64,000 nucleotides of DNA from Acidobacteriota bacterium (GCA_965205505.1 CBDBHB010000009.1:1952001-2016000); one strand, 5' to 3'; counted from the stretch's first letter, positions 40,624-51,700 are shown. The notes: generated from the letters alone by a model not told the origin. Numbers and translations: made by a program.

Positions 40624-42003
40624 CTACACGAGCAGGTTCGCCGCGATCGCCATCAACGGCAGCGCGATCGCCGTGCGCAGACAGAAGATGGCGACTAGCT
40701 GACCGAGCGACAGGGGGATGCTCGAGCGCAGGATCAGGACCGCGGTCTCGGCAAAGAAGATCAGCTGCGTAACCGATAGTCCGGCGAGCAGGAAGCTGGT
40801 GGTTTGGTTGTCGATGGTGCCGGCGATCAACGCCGGCACGAACTGATCTAGCAATCCGACAACGACGCCAGGGGCGGCGGCCGCCGCCTCGGGAATCTGC
40901 AGAAGGTTCAGCAACGGGATCAGAGGTAGGGTGACGGTCTGCAGCACCGGTGTGTGTGGTGATACGCAACCAGGGCGACGAACTCGATCGTCATCGCCGC
41001 CGGCATCATGGTGAAGAAGATGTCGAAGACTACCTTGAGGCTGCGTTTGAACATCGCTCCGAGCCTCGGAGCGCTCCGGGCTTGCGCAACCGCCTGTTGT
41101 ACGGCCCAGCTGAGCCGCGAGCTCTCGCTGGTCACTTCCTCGTGTATCTGCCGGCCCACGGGCTCGTAGTAGGTATCGGCAAAACCCGACAGGGGAGGAA
41201 GGTGTGGCGTGATCACGGCGCACGCAAGTCCGACCACCAGCATCGACGCGTAGAGCGCGACGAAGTGCTCACCGATGCCGGCGACCTGTGAGGTGAGCAC
41301 CACGAACGGAATCGACACCACCGAGAAGTTGGTGGCGATGACGGCTGCCTCCCGCCTCGAGTAGAAGCCCGACTCGTACTGCCACCGTCACCAGTATCGC
41401 CACGCTCGAGGCGCCGACCCACGACGCCAGCGTGTCGATGGTAGCGCGCCCCGGGAGGTTGAAGATGCGCTTGAACGGGGCGCGCATCAGCGTACCGACG
41501 AACTCCAGCAATCCGAACTCGGTCAGGAACGGAAGCAGCAGACAGGCGACGCCGATGATCAGGAAGATAAGACCAGCGATCTCGACATAGGCCGTACCGC
41601 CCGTCTGGGCTCCGTGGACCCACGCGGGCCCGAGCGTCAGCATCGTCATCGGGGCGCCGATCCCGGCGATTACCCGCATGACGAGCCAGACGGTGTTCGT
41701 CTCGAACACCGAGTCCAGGTAGGGGAATCGCGCCTTGAGTGTCGTAGGGCCATATGTGAACGCCACCGACAGCAGCGCTCCGGTGACGAAGATAGGTGTG
41801 GTGAACAATGCCATCCGGTCGCCGATGAGGGCCTGGAGGGTCGATGTGATCACCCCCATCACGATCGTCACGTCGCCGCCGAACCGTATCGGAACGAGAA
41901 ATAGCGCAACCCCTATTGCCGACGGCACCGCCACACGCAAGTAGTCGCGCACCGTGGCGTGTGCCGGATCGGTCGTCTGCTCCTCCGGTTCGGGATTCCT
42001 CAT
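40624..42003 (-). CDS. YjiH-family (Gate-domain) membrane transporter with two frameshifts (~41382, ~40955)
   Basis: PSAIGVALFLVP, FLTEFGLLEF, LPGRATID, then YESGFYSRREAAVIATNFS in a second frame and LSVTQLIFFAE in a third. Confidence 0.8.
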
Positions 42004-42159
42004 CCGCTCACCGTGGCGGTTGGGTTGCCGATGGCCCGGCCGAGACCTACTGTCAGTGTGGTCATCATGTCTTCAAGGTTTTCCGAGCCCCGGAGCGCCT
42101 GAAGCCTATCCGCATCGGGCTTGGCGATCCAACAACGGGGAGCGGCAGCGAGGTCGGCG

Positions 42160-44577
42160 ATGGACATCTCGAACCTACGTATTTCTTCAAATCGCGGCGC
42201 CTTCAGGGTGCTGGTTCTCTCGATGCTGATCTGCTTGTTGGTGTCGGTGTTGCCGGCGGAGGCACAGTTCAACTTCGGCCTCACGGTGGCGGCGGTGGAG
42301 GGCGAGGTGCTGGTAGGGGAGCCGGGCAATCGCATCGCTCCCGGCTTCGTGTACGTCTACCGCGCCGATGCCGGCGGCTGGCAGGAGGTTCAACGCCTGA
42401 CGCGCTCAGAGGCGACCAACGGCGATGCCTTCGGCCAGGGACTGGTGGCCGACGGCGATCGGCTACTGATCGGCGCCGCGCCGGATGGCCAGGGGACGAT
42501 CTATGTCTTCGAGCGCCGCGGCGCTGGTTGGATCCAGGTCGGGCGGTTCGCAAGCCACGATGGCGAACCGCACGACAGCTTCGGGACGGCCATCGCCGTG
42601 AGCGGCGACGTGGCCCTTGTCGGTGCCGCCGGCAGCGGCGACGACAGCGGAACGGCGTACCTGTACAGCCGTCAGGGTGATGGCTGGCGGCAGCTGCAGG
42701 CGCTCACGCCGGATGACGTCGTCACCGACGTCTCCGACCAGGAGGGCGCGGAGGAAGCCGACGACACTGCAGAGCCGACGGCACGATTCGGCGCTGCGGT
42801 GGCGATCGATGGCGACTGGGCGATGGTCGGTGCCCCGACGGAATCGGGGACCGGGACCGTCTATGCCTTCCGCCGCGAGGAGGAAGGCTGGCAATTCTTC
42901 GACAAGCTGGCGCCGGCCGACGCGGACGAAGAAGCGGGATTCGGCTCAACGGTGGTGTTGTCCGACGGCGTGGCTCTTGTCGGAGAGGTCGGTGCGGACG
43001 GCGGCGGCGCGGTGCACGTCTACGTCTTGGACGACGACGACGGCGGCTGGATCGCCGACAGCGTGCTGCAGCCGTTCGACGGACAATCCGGTGCGGGGTT
43101 CGGCACCGCGATCGCAGTCGGCGACGGCGAGTTGTTGGTAGGTGCGCCCGGTGCCGACGACGACGGCCGTATCTATCGGTTCAGCTACGATGACGAGGGG
43201 ACCTGGACCGGTTCGACCAAGCTGGGCACCTCCTTCTTGGGCTTCCGCGCCGCCTTCGCCTCGGCCCTGGCGGTCAGCGGCGACGTGCTGGTGGCGGGGG
43301 TACCGGAAGATGATCTTGGCGCTGGCTCCGCCGTCATCATGGAGCGCTCCCTTGGTGGTTGGGATCGCACCAGGGTGCTCAGCGAGGCGCTGGCTTTCGA
43401 CCCGGTGGTCGGTGGCGCCGTGGAGTGCGTCGAGGGCATGGCGGGCGTCTTCCCCTGCGACAACTTCGACCTGATCTCGTTTCTGCCCAACCACACGATG
43501 GGTGGCAAGCGTGGCACCTGGGCCAACGACGTCTGGGGCTGGATAGACCCTGACACCGGCCACGAATACGCACTAGTGGGGCTTTCGGGGCGCACGTCAT
43601 TCGTCGACGTGACCGACCCGTACAACCCCGTCTACGTGGGCAACCTGCCGAAGACCGCAGGCTCGCCAGACAGCTACTGGCGCGACATCAAAGTGTACGC
43701 CGACCATGCCTTCATCGTGGCGGATGCCGCCGAGGAGCACGGTGTGCAGGTTTTCGACCTGGCGCGGTTGCGCGAGTACGACGGCACCCCGCTCGTGTTC
43801 AACGCCGACGTCCTCTACGACCGTATCGACAGCGCCCACAACATCGTCATCAACGAGGAGAGCGCCTTCGCATACGTGGTCGGGGCCAGCGGCGGCGGGG
43901 AGACCTGCGGCGGTGGCTTGCACATGATCAACATCGAGGACCCGAAGCAGCCGATCTTCGTCGGTTGCTTCTCCGACGTCAGTACCGGGCGCGCCAGCAC
44001 CGGGTACTCACACGACGCCCAGTGTGTGATCTACGAAGGGCCTGACGAGCAGTACGCGGGCCGTGAGATCTGCTTCGGTTCCAACGAGACGGCGGTCAGC
44101 ATCGCCGACGTCACCAACAAGCGGAACCCGGTGGCGGTGTCGCTGGCGACCTACCCGAATGTCGGCTACACGCACCAGGGTTGGCTAACCGATGATCATC
44201 GCTTCTTCTACATGAACGACGAGCTCGACGAGGCGTCGGGGACGGTCGACGGCACCCGCACACTGATCTTCGACGTGCAGGAGCTCGACGATCCGATACT
44301 GGTGGACGAATACATCCACGACACCGACGCCATCGACCACAACCTCTATATCGTCGGGGATCGGATGTATCAGTCGAATTACAACGCCGGCCTACGGGTG
44401 CTCGACATCAGCGATCCCGAACAACCCGAGATGGCGGGTTACTTCGACACCGTCCCGTGGGACGAGAACGAGGCGCAGTACTCCAGCTTCTCTTGGAGCA
44501 ACTATCCGTTCTTCGACAGCGGTTATGTGCTCATCACCAGCATCCGCGAAGGGCTCTTCATCGTGAAGGAACGCTGA
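42160..44577 (+). CDS. Secreted choice-of-anchor B family protein with N-terminal FG-GAP repeats
   Basis: Repeated FG..A.DGD..LVGAP..G.VYVF units; NDVWGW, WRDIK, SAHN, YSHDAQC, YTHQGW, DELDE, IDHN, WSNYP. Confidence 0.88.
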   Translation: MDISNLRISSNRGAFRVLVLSMLICLLVSVLPAEAQFNFGLTVAAVEGEVLVGEPGNRIAPGFVYVYRADAGGWQEVQRLTRSEATNGDAFGQGLVADGDRLLIGAAPDGQGTIYVFERRGAGWIQVGRFASHDGEPHDSFGTAIAVSGDVALVGAAGSGDDSGTAYLYSRQGDGWRQLQALTPDDVVTDVSDQEGAEEADDTAEPTARFGAAVAIDGDWAMVGAPTESGTGTVYAFRREEEGWQFFDKLAPADADEEAGFGSTVVLSDGVALVGEVGADGGGAVHVYVLDDDDGGWIADSVLQPFDGQSGAGFGTAIAVGDGELLVGAPGADDDGRIYRFSYDDEGTWTGSTKLGTSFLGFRAAFASALAVSGDVLVAGVPEDDLGAGSAVIMERSLGGWDRTRVLSEALAFDPVVGGAVECVEGMAGVFPCDNFDLISFLPNHTMGGKRGTWANDVWGWIDPDTGHEYALVGLSGRTSFVDVTDPYNPVYVGNLPKTAGSPDSYWRDIKVYADHAFIVADAAEEHGVQVFDLARLREYDGTPLVFNADVLYDRIDSAHNIVINEESAFAYVVGASGGGETCGGGLHMINIEDPKQPIFVGCFSDVSTGRASTGYSHDAQCVIYEGPDEQYAGREICFGSNETAVSIADVTNKRNPVAVSLATYPNVGYTHQGWLTDDHRFFYMNDELDEASGTVDGTRTLIFDVQELDDPILVDEYIHDTDAIDHNLYIVGDRMYQSNYNAGLRVLDISDPEQPEMAGYFDTVPWDENEAQYSSFSWSNYPFFDSGYVLITSIREGLFIVKER

Positions 44578-44583
44578 TCGTCG

Positions 44584-44634
44584 CTAGCAGGCTCGTGGCA
44601 GCAGACCCATCAGAGTCTCACCACAGTTTGCTAG
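44584..44634. repeat. Short degenerate relative of the CTAG-flanked MITE
   Basis: CTAG-CAGGCT...CAGACCCATCAGAGT(14 nt)CTAG aligns with the MITE right end CAGACCCACCAGAGT(14 nt)CTAG; right CTAG holds the stop codon of the M24 gene. Confidence 0.55.
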
Positions 44635-45965
44635 GCTACGACCAGCAGGTCCGCCGGGGTCATCGAGAGCCGCCGACAACGATCGGTCTCGTGCACGAAC
44701 GTATCGATCAACGCCGTGCTGCCGGTCGAGTAGCTCTCGTAGTTGAACACCTGGCGCTCCTGGATGATCCAGTCGTTGGTGTCTTCCTCACCAACGCTGA
44801 AGCTCCACCATCCTACCCAGTCGGGCGGGAAGCTGATGCCGAGCTCATAGCCGCCGGTATAGCCGCTGATCTCGCCGCGCTGGCGCATCTGCCACGCACC
44901 GGTCTCTTGATAGAACTCGCGCATGATCTTGGTGAGCTCCTTCAGCGGCATGCCAGCACGAGCGTGATGGGCCAGCGTTTCCATGGCGCGACCGTTCATC
45001 TTGTAGAGGTCGGCCAGCTTCTTGGGCGGGTCGCCGACGAAGAAGCCGCGGGCAGTGTTGGAGTGGTACCGGTTCTTGACGCCACAGATGTCGCAGATCA
45101 CGTGATCGCCCATCTGCACCACACGCGTGGAAGCGATGCCGTGCAGGAACGTCGCGCCGCCTACCTTGATGGATGACAAGAGCCCCGACATCCCGCCTCC
45201 GGCTCGCGTCATCGCCCGTACCATCTCGCCGTAGACCTCGAGCTCGGTGACGCCCGGCTGCAGCGTTTCCATGATCGCCTGCAGACCGATGTCGCAGATC
45301 CGCGCCGCCTCCATCATGACGTCGATCTCGGCGGGCGATTTGTGTAGCCGCACTTCGGCCATGATGTCGGAGCCGTCGACGAGCGGACATCCGCGTGCTT
45401 CGAACACGGTTTCGAGCTGCTTCATGCGCGCCGGTACCGGTCGGTAGCTCCAATACTGCAAGCCGACGGTGCCCTTCAGCCAACCGGCGGCTTCGAGCTC
45501 CATGGCGTGACCTTCATAGGGACGGCCGCCACCGCTCTGCGGACGTCGGATGTCCTCGGCTGCCGACGTGGCCGCCATCAGATCGTCGTGGCTGTCGAAG
45601 TGAATCAGCGTGTCGTGGTCCACGTGCACGGCGCTGATCGAGTTCATGCCCCATGCCTTGGGGCCGTTCTGCTGGAACCAGTTGAGCTCGATGCCGTGCA
45701 GGTAGCACATGTCCTCGGGCATGGTGACGAACAGCATGTCGATATTGTCCTGCGCCATGCGCTCGCGGACGCGATTGAGTCGCCCCTGGTACTCGGCCTT
45801 CGAGAACGGCGGTGGGGGATGCGCGCCGATGGTTGCCCCGGGAGTCGTCCTGTGCGGGGTAAACCCGCCCGCGGCGGCCCTCGCTGAACCGGTAGCGAGC
45901 AGACCCGCGGCGGTGGCGGCCGAGGTCGCCATGAAGTTTCGTCGATTCAACTCCGGATTTTTCAT
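44631..45965 (-). CDS. Tat-exported M24 (pita-bread) hydrolase, creatinase/ectoine-hydrolase-like
   Basis: LNRRNFMATS Tat motif, FSKAEYQGRL creatinase-N domain, VRLHKSPAEI, GYELGISFPPDW; GGAGGAG RBS. Confidence 0.8.
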   Translation of the reverse strand: MKNPELNRRNFMATSAATAAGLLATGSARAAAGGFTPHRTTPGATIGAHPPPPFSKAEYQGRLNRVRERMAQDNIDMLFVTMPEDMCYLHGIELNWFQQNGPKAWGMNSISAVHVDHDTLIHFDSHDDLMAATSAAEDIRRPQSGGGRPYEGHAMELEAAGWLKGTVGLQYWSYRPVPARMKQLETVFEARGCPLVDGSDIMAEVRLHKSPAEIDVMMEAARICDIGLQAIMETLQPGVTELEVYGEMVRAMTRAGGGMSGLLSSIKVGGATFLHGIASTRVVQMGDHVICDICGVKNRYHSNTARGFFVGDPPKKLADLYKMNGRAMETLAHHARAGMPLKELTKIMREFYQETGAWQMRQRGEISGYTGGYELGISFPPDWVGWWSFSVGEEDTNDWIIQERQVFNYESYSTGSTALIDTFVHETDRCRRLSMTPADLLVVA

Positions 45966-46199
45966 CGATCTCCTCCGAGCCGTCGGCCGCGATGGATCCC
46001 ATCGCGCAGTGAGCGGCGGCGAGCAATCCGCCTGCAATGTGTGTCGGACGTCGCCGCGACACTAACTCCGGAAGGTCGGGTTTTCCACCGAGAGACGGGA
46101 GTGAAGCCGAATGATGGTGGATCGCTTTCGAACATCGAGGTCGCGGGCAGCCTAAACTCCTCTCCTGATCCCGGTCGCCAGAGACAAGGAAGTCGTCGA

Positions 46200-47030
46200 G
46201 TGTCAGCGAAATCGAGCTTGAGTGGAAAGACTCTGTTCATTACCGGTGGCAGCCGCGGCATCGGCAAGGCAATCGGAGTGCGCGCGGCGCGCGACGGGGC
46301 CAACGTGGTGATTGCTGCCAAGACAGTGGAGCCCCATCCCAAGCTGCCGGGGACAATCCATACGGCCGCCGAGGAAATGGAGTCCGCCGGTGGCGCGTCT
46401 CTCGCCTGTCAGGTCGACATCCGCTTCGAGGAACAGGTCGAAGCCGCCGTGGCACTGGCGGTCGAGACTTTCGGCGGAATCGACATCCTGGTCAATAACG
46501 CCAGTGCCATCAGTCTGACGGGTACGCTTCAGACCGAGATGAAACGCTACGACCTGATGCACTCCATCAACACGCGCGGCACTTTCGTGTGTTCCAAAGC
46601 GTGCATACCGCATCTGAAGAATGCCGAGAATCCGCACATGCTCAACCTCTCGCCGCCGCTGGATATGGAAGCGCGATGGTTCGCGCCGCACCTCGCCTAC
46701 ACGATGGCGAAGTTCGGCATGAGCATGTGCGTGCTCGGGATGGCGGAGGAGCTCAGAGAAGACGGCATCGCCGTCAACGCCCTCTGGCCGCGGACTGTCA
46801 TCGCCACCGCGGCGGTACAGAATCTTCTGGGTGGCGATGAGGCGATAAAGCGGTGCCGCAAGCCCGAGATCATGGCCGACGCGGCGCATGCCATCCTTAC
46901 CAAAAGCAGCCGCGATTTCACCGGCAACTTCGTGATCGACGACGAGATCCTCACTGCCGAAGGAGGAACGGATCTCGACTCCTATGCGATGACTCCCGGT
47001 GGGGAGTTGCTCCCTGATTTCTTCGTTTGA
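46200..47030 (+). CDS. Short-chain dehydrogenase (HSDL2-like)
   Basis: TGGSRGIG, PHPKLPGTIH, NNASAI, YTMAK, NALWPRT. Confidence 0.92.
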   Translation: MSAKSSLSGKTLFITGGSRGIGKAIGVRAARDGANVVIAAKTVEPHPKLPGTIHTAAEEMESAGGASLACQVDIRFEEQVEAAVALAVETFGGIDILVNNASAISLTGTLQTEMKRYDLMHSINTRGTFVCSKACIPHLKNAENPHMLNLSPPLDMEARWFAPHLAYTMAKFGMSMCVLGMAEELREDGIAVNALWPRTVIATAAVQNLLGGDEAIKRCRKPEIMADAAHAILTKSSRDFTGNFVIDDEILTAEGGTDLDSYAMTPGGELLPDFFV

Positions 47031-47043
47031 GAGGATTCATACG

Positions 47044-47580
47044 ATGACACGAGTGGTGCGCGTTCCGTTGAAACAACTTACGCCCGAAAATGTCGAGGGC
47101 TTTGGCGAGGTGATTCGCAGCCTCGATGAAGTGGAGCCCGTGGTTCGCGAGGGCGAGATGGTGACGGAGCGCATGGAGATGCTCCGCAAGGGCGACGACC
47201 TGTACTTCGCGAATCTCGCGGTGGGTGACGAAGGCGTGGTGGCCACCCTGGTCGAGGGCGCGGCACAGGTCAGCCACGTGAACTTCCACAGCGATGCGAC
47301 ACAGGCGTTCATCGGTGCAGATCGCAAACCTACCGTGTTCCTGCTCGCCAAGCCGACGAACAACCTCCGCCCGGAGGACTTTGTGGCGTTCTATTCCGAT
47401 GGTTCTCTCGGTATGAGCATGCTCCCCGATGTGTGGCACACATCGCCGCTACCGGTCGAGGGGAGTCAGAGCTACGAGAACACGCAGGGCAAGGGCTACC
47501 ACCATGCGACCGTCGGGCACGATTTTCTCGACGAGGACGTGGTGTTGGAGGTGCCGCTCCACGCACCGGAGCACCGGTAG
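47044..47580 (+). CDS. Ureidoglycolate lyase-like cupin
   Basis: LTPENVEGFGEVI, NFHSDATQAF, DFVAF, PDVWH. Confidence 0.65.
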   Translation: MTRVVRVPLKQLTPENVEGFGEVIRSLDEVEPVVREGEMVTERMEMLRKGDDLYFANLAVGDEGVVATLVEGAAQVSHVNFHSDATQAFIGADRKPTVFLLAKPTNNLRPEDFVAFYSDGSLGMSMLPDVWHTSPLPVEGSQSYENTQGKGYHHATVGHDFLDEDVVLEVPLHAPEHR

Positions 47581-47591
47581 GGGGCAAGTCC

Positions 47592-49808
47592 GTGCAAAGA
47601 TGCGCGCGTCTCCGCCGCTGTCGTGCCGAGCGCGCCGCAGTGTCGGTGGTGGTCGCCTTCCTAGGGTCGCTTGCCGGCTCGGCGGAGGCGTCGCCGCGGC
47701 CTCAGTCTCCACAAGCAGGCGAAACGGTGCTCCACGCGACACGTGTTGCTGAGGCGCCGAGGCTCGACGGCGTCCTCGATGAGCGGATCTGGGACCAGGC
47801 GGTGCCCTTCGACCAGTTCCTTCAGCAGGTGCCGAAAACCGGAGCGCCGGCGAGCGAACTAACCGAGGTGCTGATCCTGTATACCGACACCAATCTGTAC
47901 TTCGGCGTACGCGTCTACCAGCGCGATCCGGACACGATTCGCGCTAACGAGCTGCGCTACGACCAGCCACAGATGCACCGGCAGGACGACACCATCTCCA
48001 TCATCCTCGACACCTTTCACGACCATCGCAATGGCTACGAGTTCATATTCAACGCCTTGGGAACGCGCGGCGACTGGGCCTGTACGGACGAGGGGCGCCA
48101 CTGGAACCGGTTCTGGGATCCGGTCTGGGATGTCGCCACGAAGATCACCACACAAGGCTGGACCGCCGAGGTGGAGATCCCATTCAAGAGCATTCGCTAC
48201 CGCAGTGGTGGCGGGCGCTGGGGGATCAACGTTCGGCGCGCCATCTTGTACCGCAACGAATGGGTGCACGCGACCCAGATATCGCCGGCCTACTCTCATC
48301 CGTCGCAGGGCATCGGCGAGCTCTCGTCGGCCGCCGATCTGGATGGGCTGGAAGGGATCGGCGGCGGCCACAACGTGGAGATCAAGCCGTATGCGTCGAT
48401 CGACTCCAGCGCCCAGGTGGCCGGGCTGGAGCGCACGCAGTCGGGAGTAGAGCCGGGGCTCGATCTCAAGTACGGGTTCACCCCGAGCCTGAACCTCGAC
48501 CTGACGTACAACACCGACTTTTCCCAGGTCGAGGTGGACGAGCAGCAGATCAACCTGACCCGCTTCGGGTTGTTCTTCCCGGAGAAGCGCACGTTCTTCC
48601 AAGAGGGGCAGGGGATCTTCGATTTCGGCGTGCGCAACGGCGACTACCGCGTGCTGCCGTTCTTCAGTCGTAGAATCGGGCTGGAGGATGGTGTGCCAGT
48701 GCCGATCGGCGGGGGCGGCCGTCTGACCGGCAAGCTGGGCGGCTACAGCGTCGGTGTGCTGGGATTGCGCACTGCGGCGGAGGGGCAATACGTGCGCAAC
48801 GACTTCTCGGCAGTGCGCATCAAGCGAGACGTCTTCGGTCGGTCCAGCGTCGGGATGCTCTTCACCGATCGCCGTTCCAGTGGCACCGACACCGCCAACC
48901 AGGTGTTCGGACTCGACGCCAACGTGGCGTTTGGGGCGCGTAACAAGGCCGACCTGTTCTGGGTGCGCAGCAGCGACGATCGAGCCGGCGAGAGCTCGTC
49001 CGCCTACCGGGCGCATGTGCTGCTGGAGAATGACCTGCTCGGTTTCGAGACCGACTGGATGCGCGTCGGTGACGCCTTCGACCCCGGTGTTGGCTTCGTG
49101 CAGCGTCGCGGCATGAACCGCCGCTATATCAAGGCACAGGTGAGCCCACGGCCGGGACGACTCGGCATTCGCAAGATCTACCTGCGTACGGAGCTCGACT
49201 ACGTCGAGGATCTGCAGGGTATTCTCGAGACGCGGGTCTGGGAGGAGAGCCTGACGATCCAATCGGAGTCCGACGATACGCTGTTGTTCGGGTGGCAGAG
49301 CGCTGATGAGGTAGTGCAGCAGCCGTTTCTCGTCGCCGGCGTTTTGCCGGTAGAAAACGGGAGCTACGGGTTCAATCACTGGCAGCTTCGCGTCGCTACC
49401 TCACAGAGCCGGAATCTGTTTGCAACCCTGCGCCTGCGCGGCGGCGGCTTCTTCGGCGGTACTCGCACCGATGTGGGCGCCGACGCGTTTCTCAAGGCCA
49501 GCCGGCACCTGCTGGTGGACGCTGGCTACTCCAACAGCAGCATCCACCTGTCGACCGGCGATCTCGATGCCACGCTAATGCGCTTGCGCGGCACGTACAT
49601 TTTCAACCCGCGCATCTGGACGGCAACGCTCGTGCAGTGGAATAGCGTGAGTCGCGAGCTGGGCGTCAACGCGCGTCTCCGCTACACCTACCGACCTGGC
49701 AGCGACATCTACGTGGTGTTCAACGAGCGTGCCATCAGCCCCGAGAGCGCCTGGCTGCTTCGCGAGCGTAGCCTGATCGTCAAATGGATCTACTTGCTTC
49801 GAATGTAG
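47592..49808 (+). CDS. CBM9-like + DUF5916 outer-membrane protein
   Basis: PRLDGVLDE..W, LDTFHD, GWTAEVEIPF, NTDFSQVEVD, NLTRFGLFFPEKRTFF, FFSRRIG. Confidence 0.88.
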   Translation: MQRCARLRRCRAERAAVSVVVAFLGSLAGSAEASPRPQSPQAGETVLHATRVAEAPRLDGVLDERIWDQAVPFDQFLQQVPKTGAPASELTEVLILYTDTNLYFGVRVYQRDPDTIRANELRYDQPQMHRQDDTISIILDTFHDHRNGYEFIFNALGTRGDWACTDEGRHWNRFWDPVWDVATKITTQGWTAEVEIPFKSIRYRSGGGRWGINVRRAILYRNEWVHATQISPAYSHPSQGIGELSSAADLDGLEGIGGGHNVEIKPYASIDSSAQVAGLERTQSGVEPGLDLKYGFTPSLNLDLTYNTDFSQVEVDEQQINLTRFGLFFPEKRTFFQEGQGIFDFGVRNGDYRVLPFFSRRIGLEDGVPVPIGGGGRLTGKLGGYSVGVLGLRTAAEGQYVRNDFSAVRIKRDVFGRSSVGMLFTDRRSSGTDTANQVFGLDANVAFGARNKADLFWVRSSDDRAGESSSAYRAHVLLENDLLGFETDWMRVGDAFDPGVGFVQRRGMNRRYIKAQVSPRPGRLGIRKIYLRTELDYVEDLQGILETRVWEESLTIQSESDDTLLFGWQSADEVVQQPFLVAGVLPVENGSYGFNHWQLRVATSQSRNLFATLRLRGGGFFGGTRTDVGADAFLKASRHLLVDAGYSNSSIHLSTGDLDATLMRLRGTYIFNPRIWTATLVQWNSVSRELGVNARLRYTYRPGSDIYVVFNERAISPESAWLLRERSLIVKWIYLLRM

Positions 49809-49836
49809 GCGCCGTGTCGACGCTCGATCGTGCCGC

Positions 49837-50223
49837 TCAGTCGGATCCGCTCGCGCGGAGCACTTGGATTCGGGCCGGCAGCTCGGAGAAGACCAGCGGA
49901 TTGGAGCTGTCGGCGTTTGCCATGATGACGAACCCGTACCCCTCCTCCAGGTGCGCCACGAGGTTGCTCCGAAACCCCCAATTGCCTCCGGCATGTCCGA
50001 AGTACTGTGGCGCTTCGCCGGCCGGGGCCGGCACGTGTGGAGAGAGCGATCCGACCGTGAACCCCAACGCATAGTGGCCGATGCCGCCCTGGGTCACCAT
50101 CTTCCGGGTCATCTCTCGGGTGAGGACCTCGTTGGAGCGCCCCTGGAGCGATAGCTGAACTTCAATGAGGAATTTGGCGAGATCGGTCGGTGTCGTCCAC
50201 AGCCCGGCGGCGTAGAGCTCAGG
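49837..50223 (-). pseudogene. C-terminal remnant of a serine hydrolase (beta-lactamase family)
   Basis: AAGLWTTPTDLAKF, YALG, FGHAGGNWGF, FVIMAN; 5' part replaced by IS3. Confidence 0.8.
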
Positions 50224-51700
50224 TGACCCAAACCCCGAAAACGGTGCCAGGTTGATGTTTAGGAAATCGGTGTACCGTCGTAGCGGCTGGCAGAGGCAGC
50301 TGACGCCCATACCGATCGGAGAACGGACAGATGAAGCGGAAGAGGTACACGGACGAGCAGATCGCCTACGCGCTGCGGCAGGCTGAGGCGGGCACGCCGA
50401 TCAAGGAGGTGTGTGTCGCAAGCTGGGCGTCAGCGAGCAGACGTTGCCTCGACGTGGCGCCGCAAGTTCGCCGGGATGGGCGTGGCCGAACTTCGGGAGC
50501 TACGACAACTCCGCCATGAGAACCGGAAGTTGAAGCAGCTGGTGGCAGATCTGAGCTTGGCCAACACCATCTTTGAACACGATGCTCACGTTACGGATCA
50601 TGCTTCCGTCAAAAAAGGTGGTCGCCATCGATCACCACCAGGTCTGCAACCGCGACGGGTTCCGTGTCAGTGAGCGTCGAGCGTGTCGGCTGATCGAGTT
50701 GTCGCGCACCAGCCATCGGTATCAGAGCACAAGGACGGACGACCCCGTGCTGCGGCGTCGTCTTGGCGAGCTCGCCGCGGCGCGTCCGCGGTTCGGGTAT
50801 CGGAGGTTGTGCGTGTTGCTACGCCGCGAGGGATGGGTAGTCGAATACCGAAGCGTCGACGTCAGCGACACCCCGTGGGCCACGATGTGGCGGATGGCTG
50901 TAGGTCATCGCTGGCAATGTCCAGGTTGGCAAGCATCGTGCTCATCTCGGGCGGACTTGTTGACCTCTTTGCCGGGTACGAAGTCGCTCATCGTGATGAA
51001 AGCGAGGGTCGCGAGCTCGACCGCCTCAGCGTGGGTCACATACGGCTTGTGCTGCCGCCCGCAGAGCGGCCCAACGAGCGCTGGAGCATGGACTTCGTGA
51101 CCGATCGGCTCGAGAGTGGCCGGCCGTTTCGGGTGCTGACGGTGGTCGATCAGTTTAGCCGTGAATGTCCGTTACTTGAGCCGGCGTGTCGATGACCGGC
51201 AAGGCGGTGGCTGGAGCACTCGAGCGGCTGTCGTTTGCCGGGCCGTTGCCACGGGTCATCACCGTCGACAATGGCTCAGAATTCTACTCCCAGGCGATGG
51301 ACTCCTGGGCGTACCGAAGAGGCGTGCAGTTGGAGTTCATTCGGCCGGGAAAGCATCCGTGGAGAATGCGTTCATCGAGAGTTTCAACGGACGGCTTCGC
51401 GACGAATGCCTCAACGCCAACCTGTTCTTCTCGATCGATGACGCGCGCCGAAAACTGGAGGCTTGGACAGGCTTGACAATACCTTCAGACCACACAGCTC
51501 ACTAGAACGATCGTACCCGGAAACGGAGTCTCGCCAGGGGCTCGGAGGCGTTGCTCGAGCTCGAATCTCCAACTCGACGTGCGCGGCTCCAGGCCACTGT
51601 TTTTGGTGGGTTGGCTACGGTCACCAATCGACGATCGACCTCCCATCCCCAGGAGGTTCGATCCAAACCTCTGACTGGTACTGATTTCGGGGTGGGGTCA
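50224..51700 (+). mobile_element. Degenerate IS3-family insertion sequence
   Basis: Ends TGACCCAAACCCCGAAAACGGTGCCAG and CTGGTACTGATTTCGGGGTGGGGTCA; orfA MKRKRYTDEQIAYALRQ; A6G slippery site at 50611; orfB motifs RFGYRR, WSMDFV, DNGSEF, ENAFIESFNGRLRDECLN split by several frameshifts. Confidence 0.9.

Noticed and set aside
47859-49379. Long antisense or alternate-frame ORFs (also 9932..11572, 17803..19284, 31752..32993)
   Set aside because: Shadows of well-supported genes in GC-rich DNA; no family motifs
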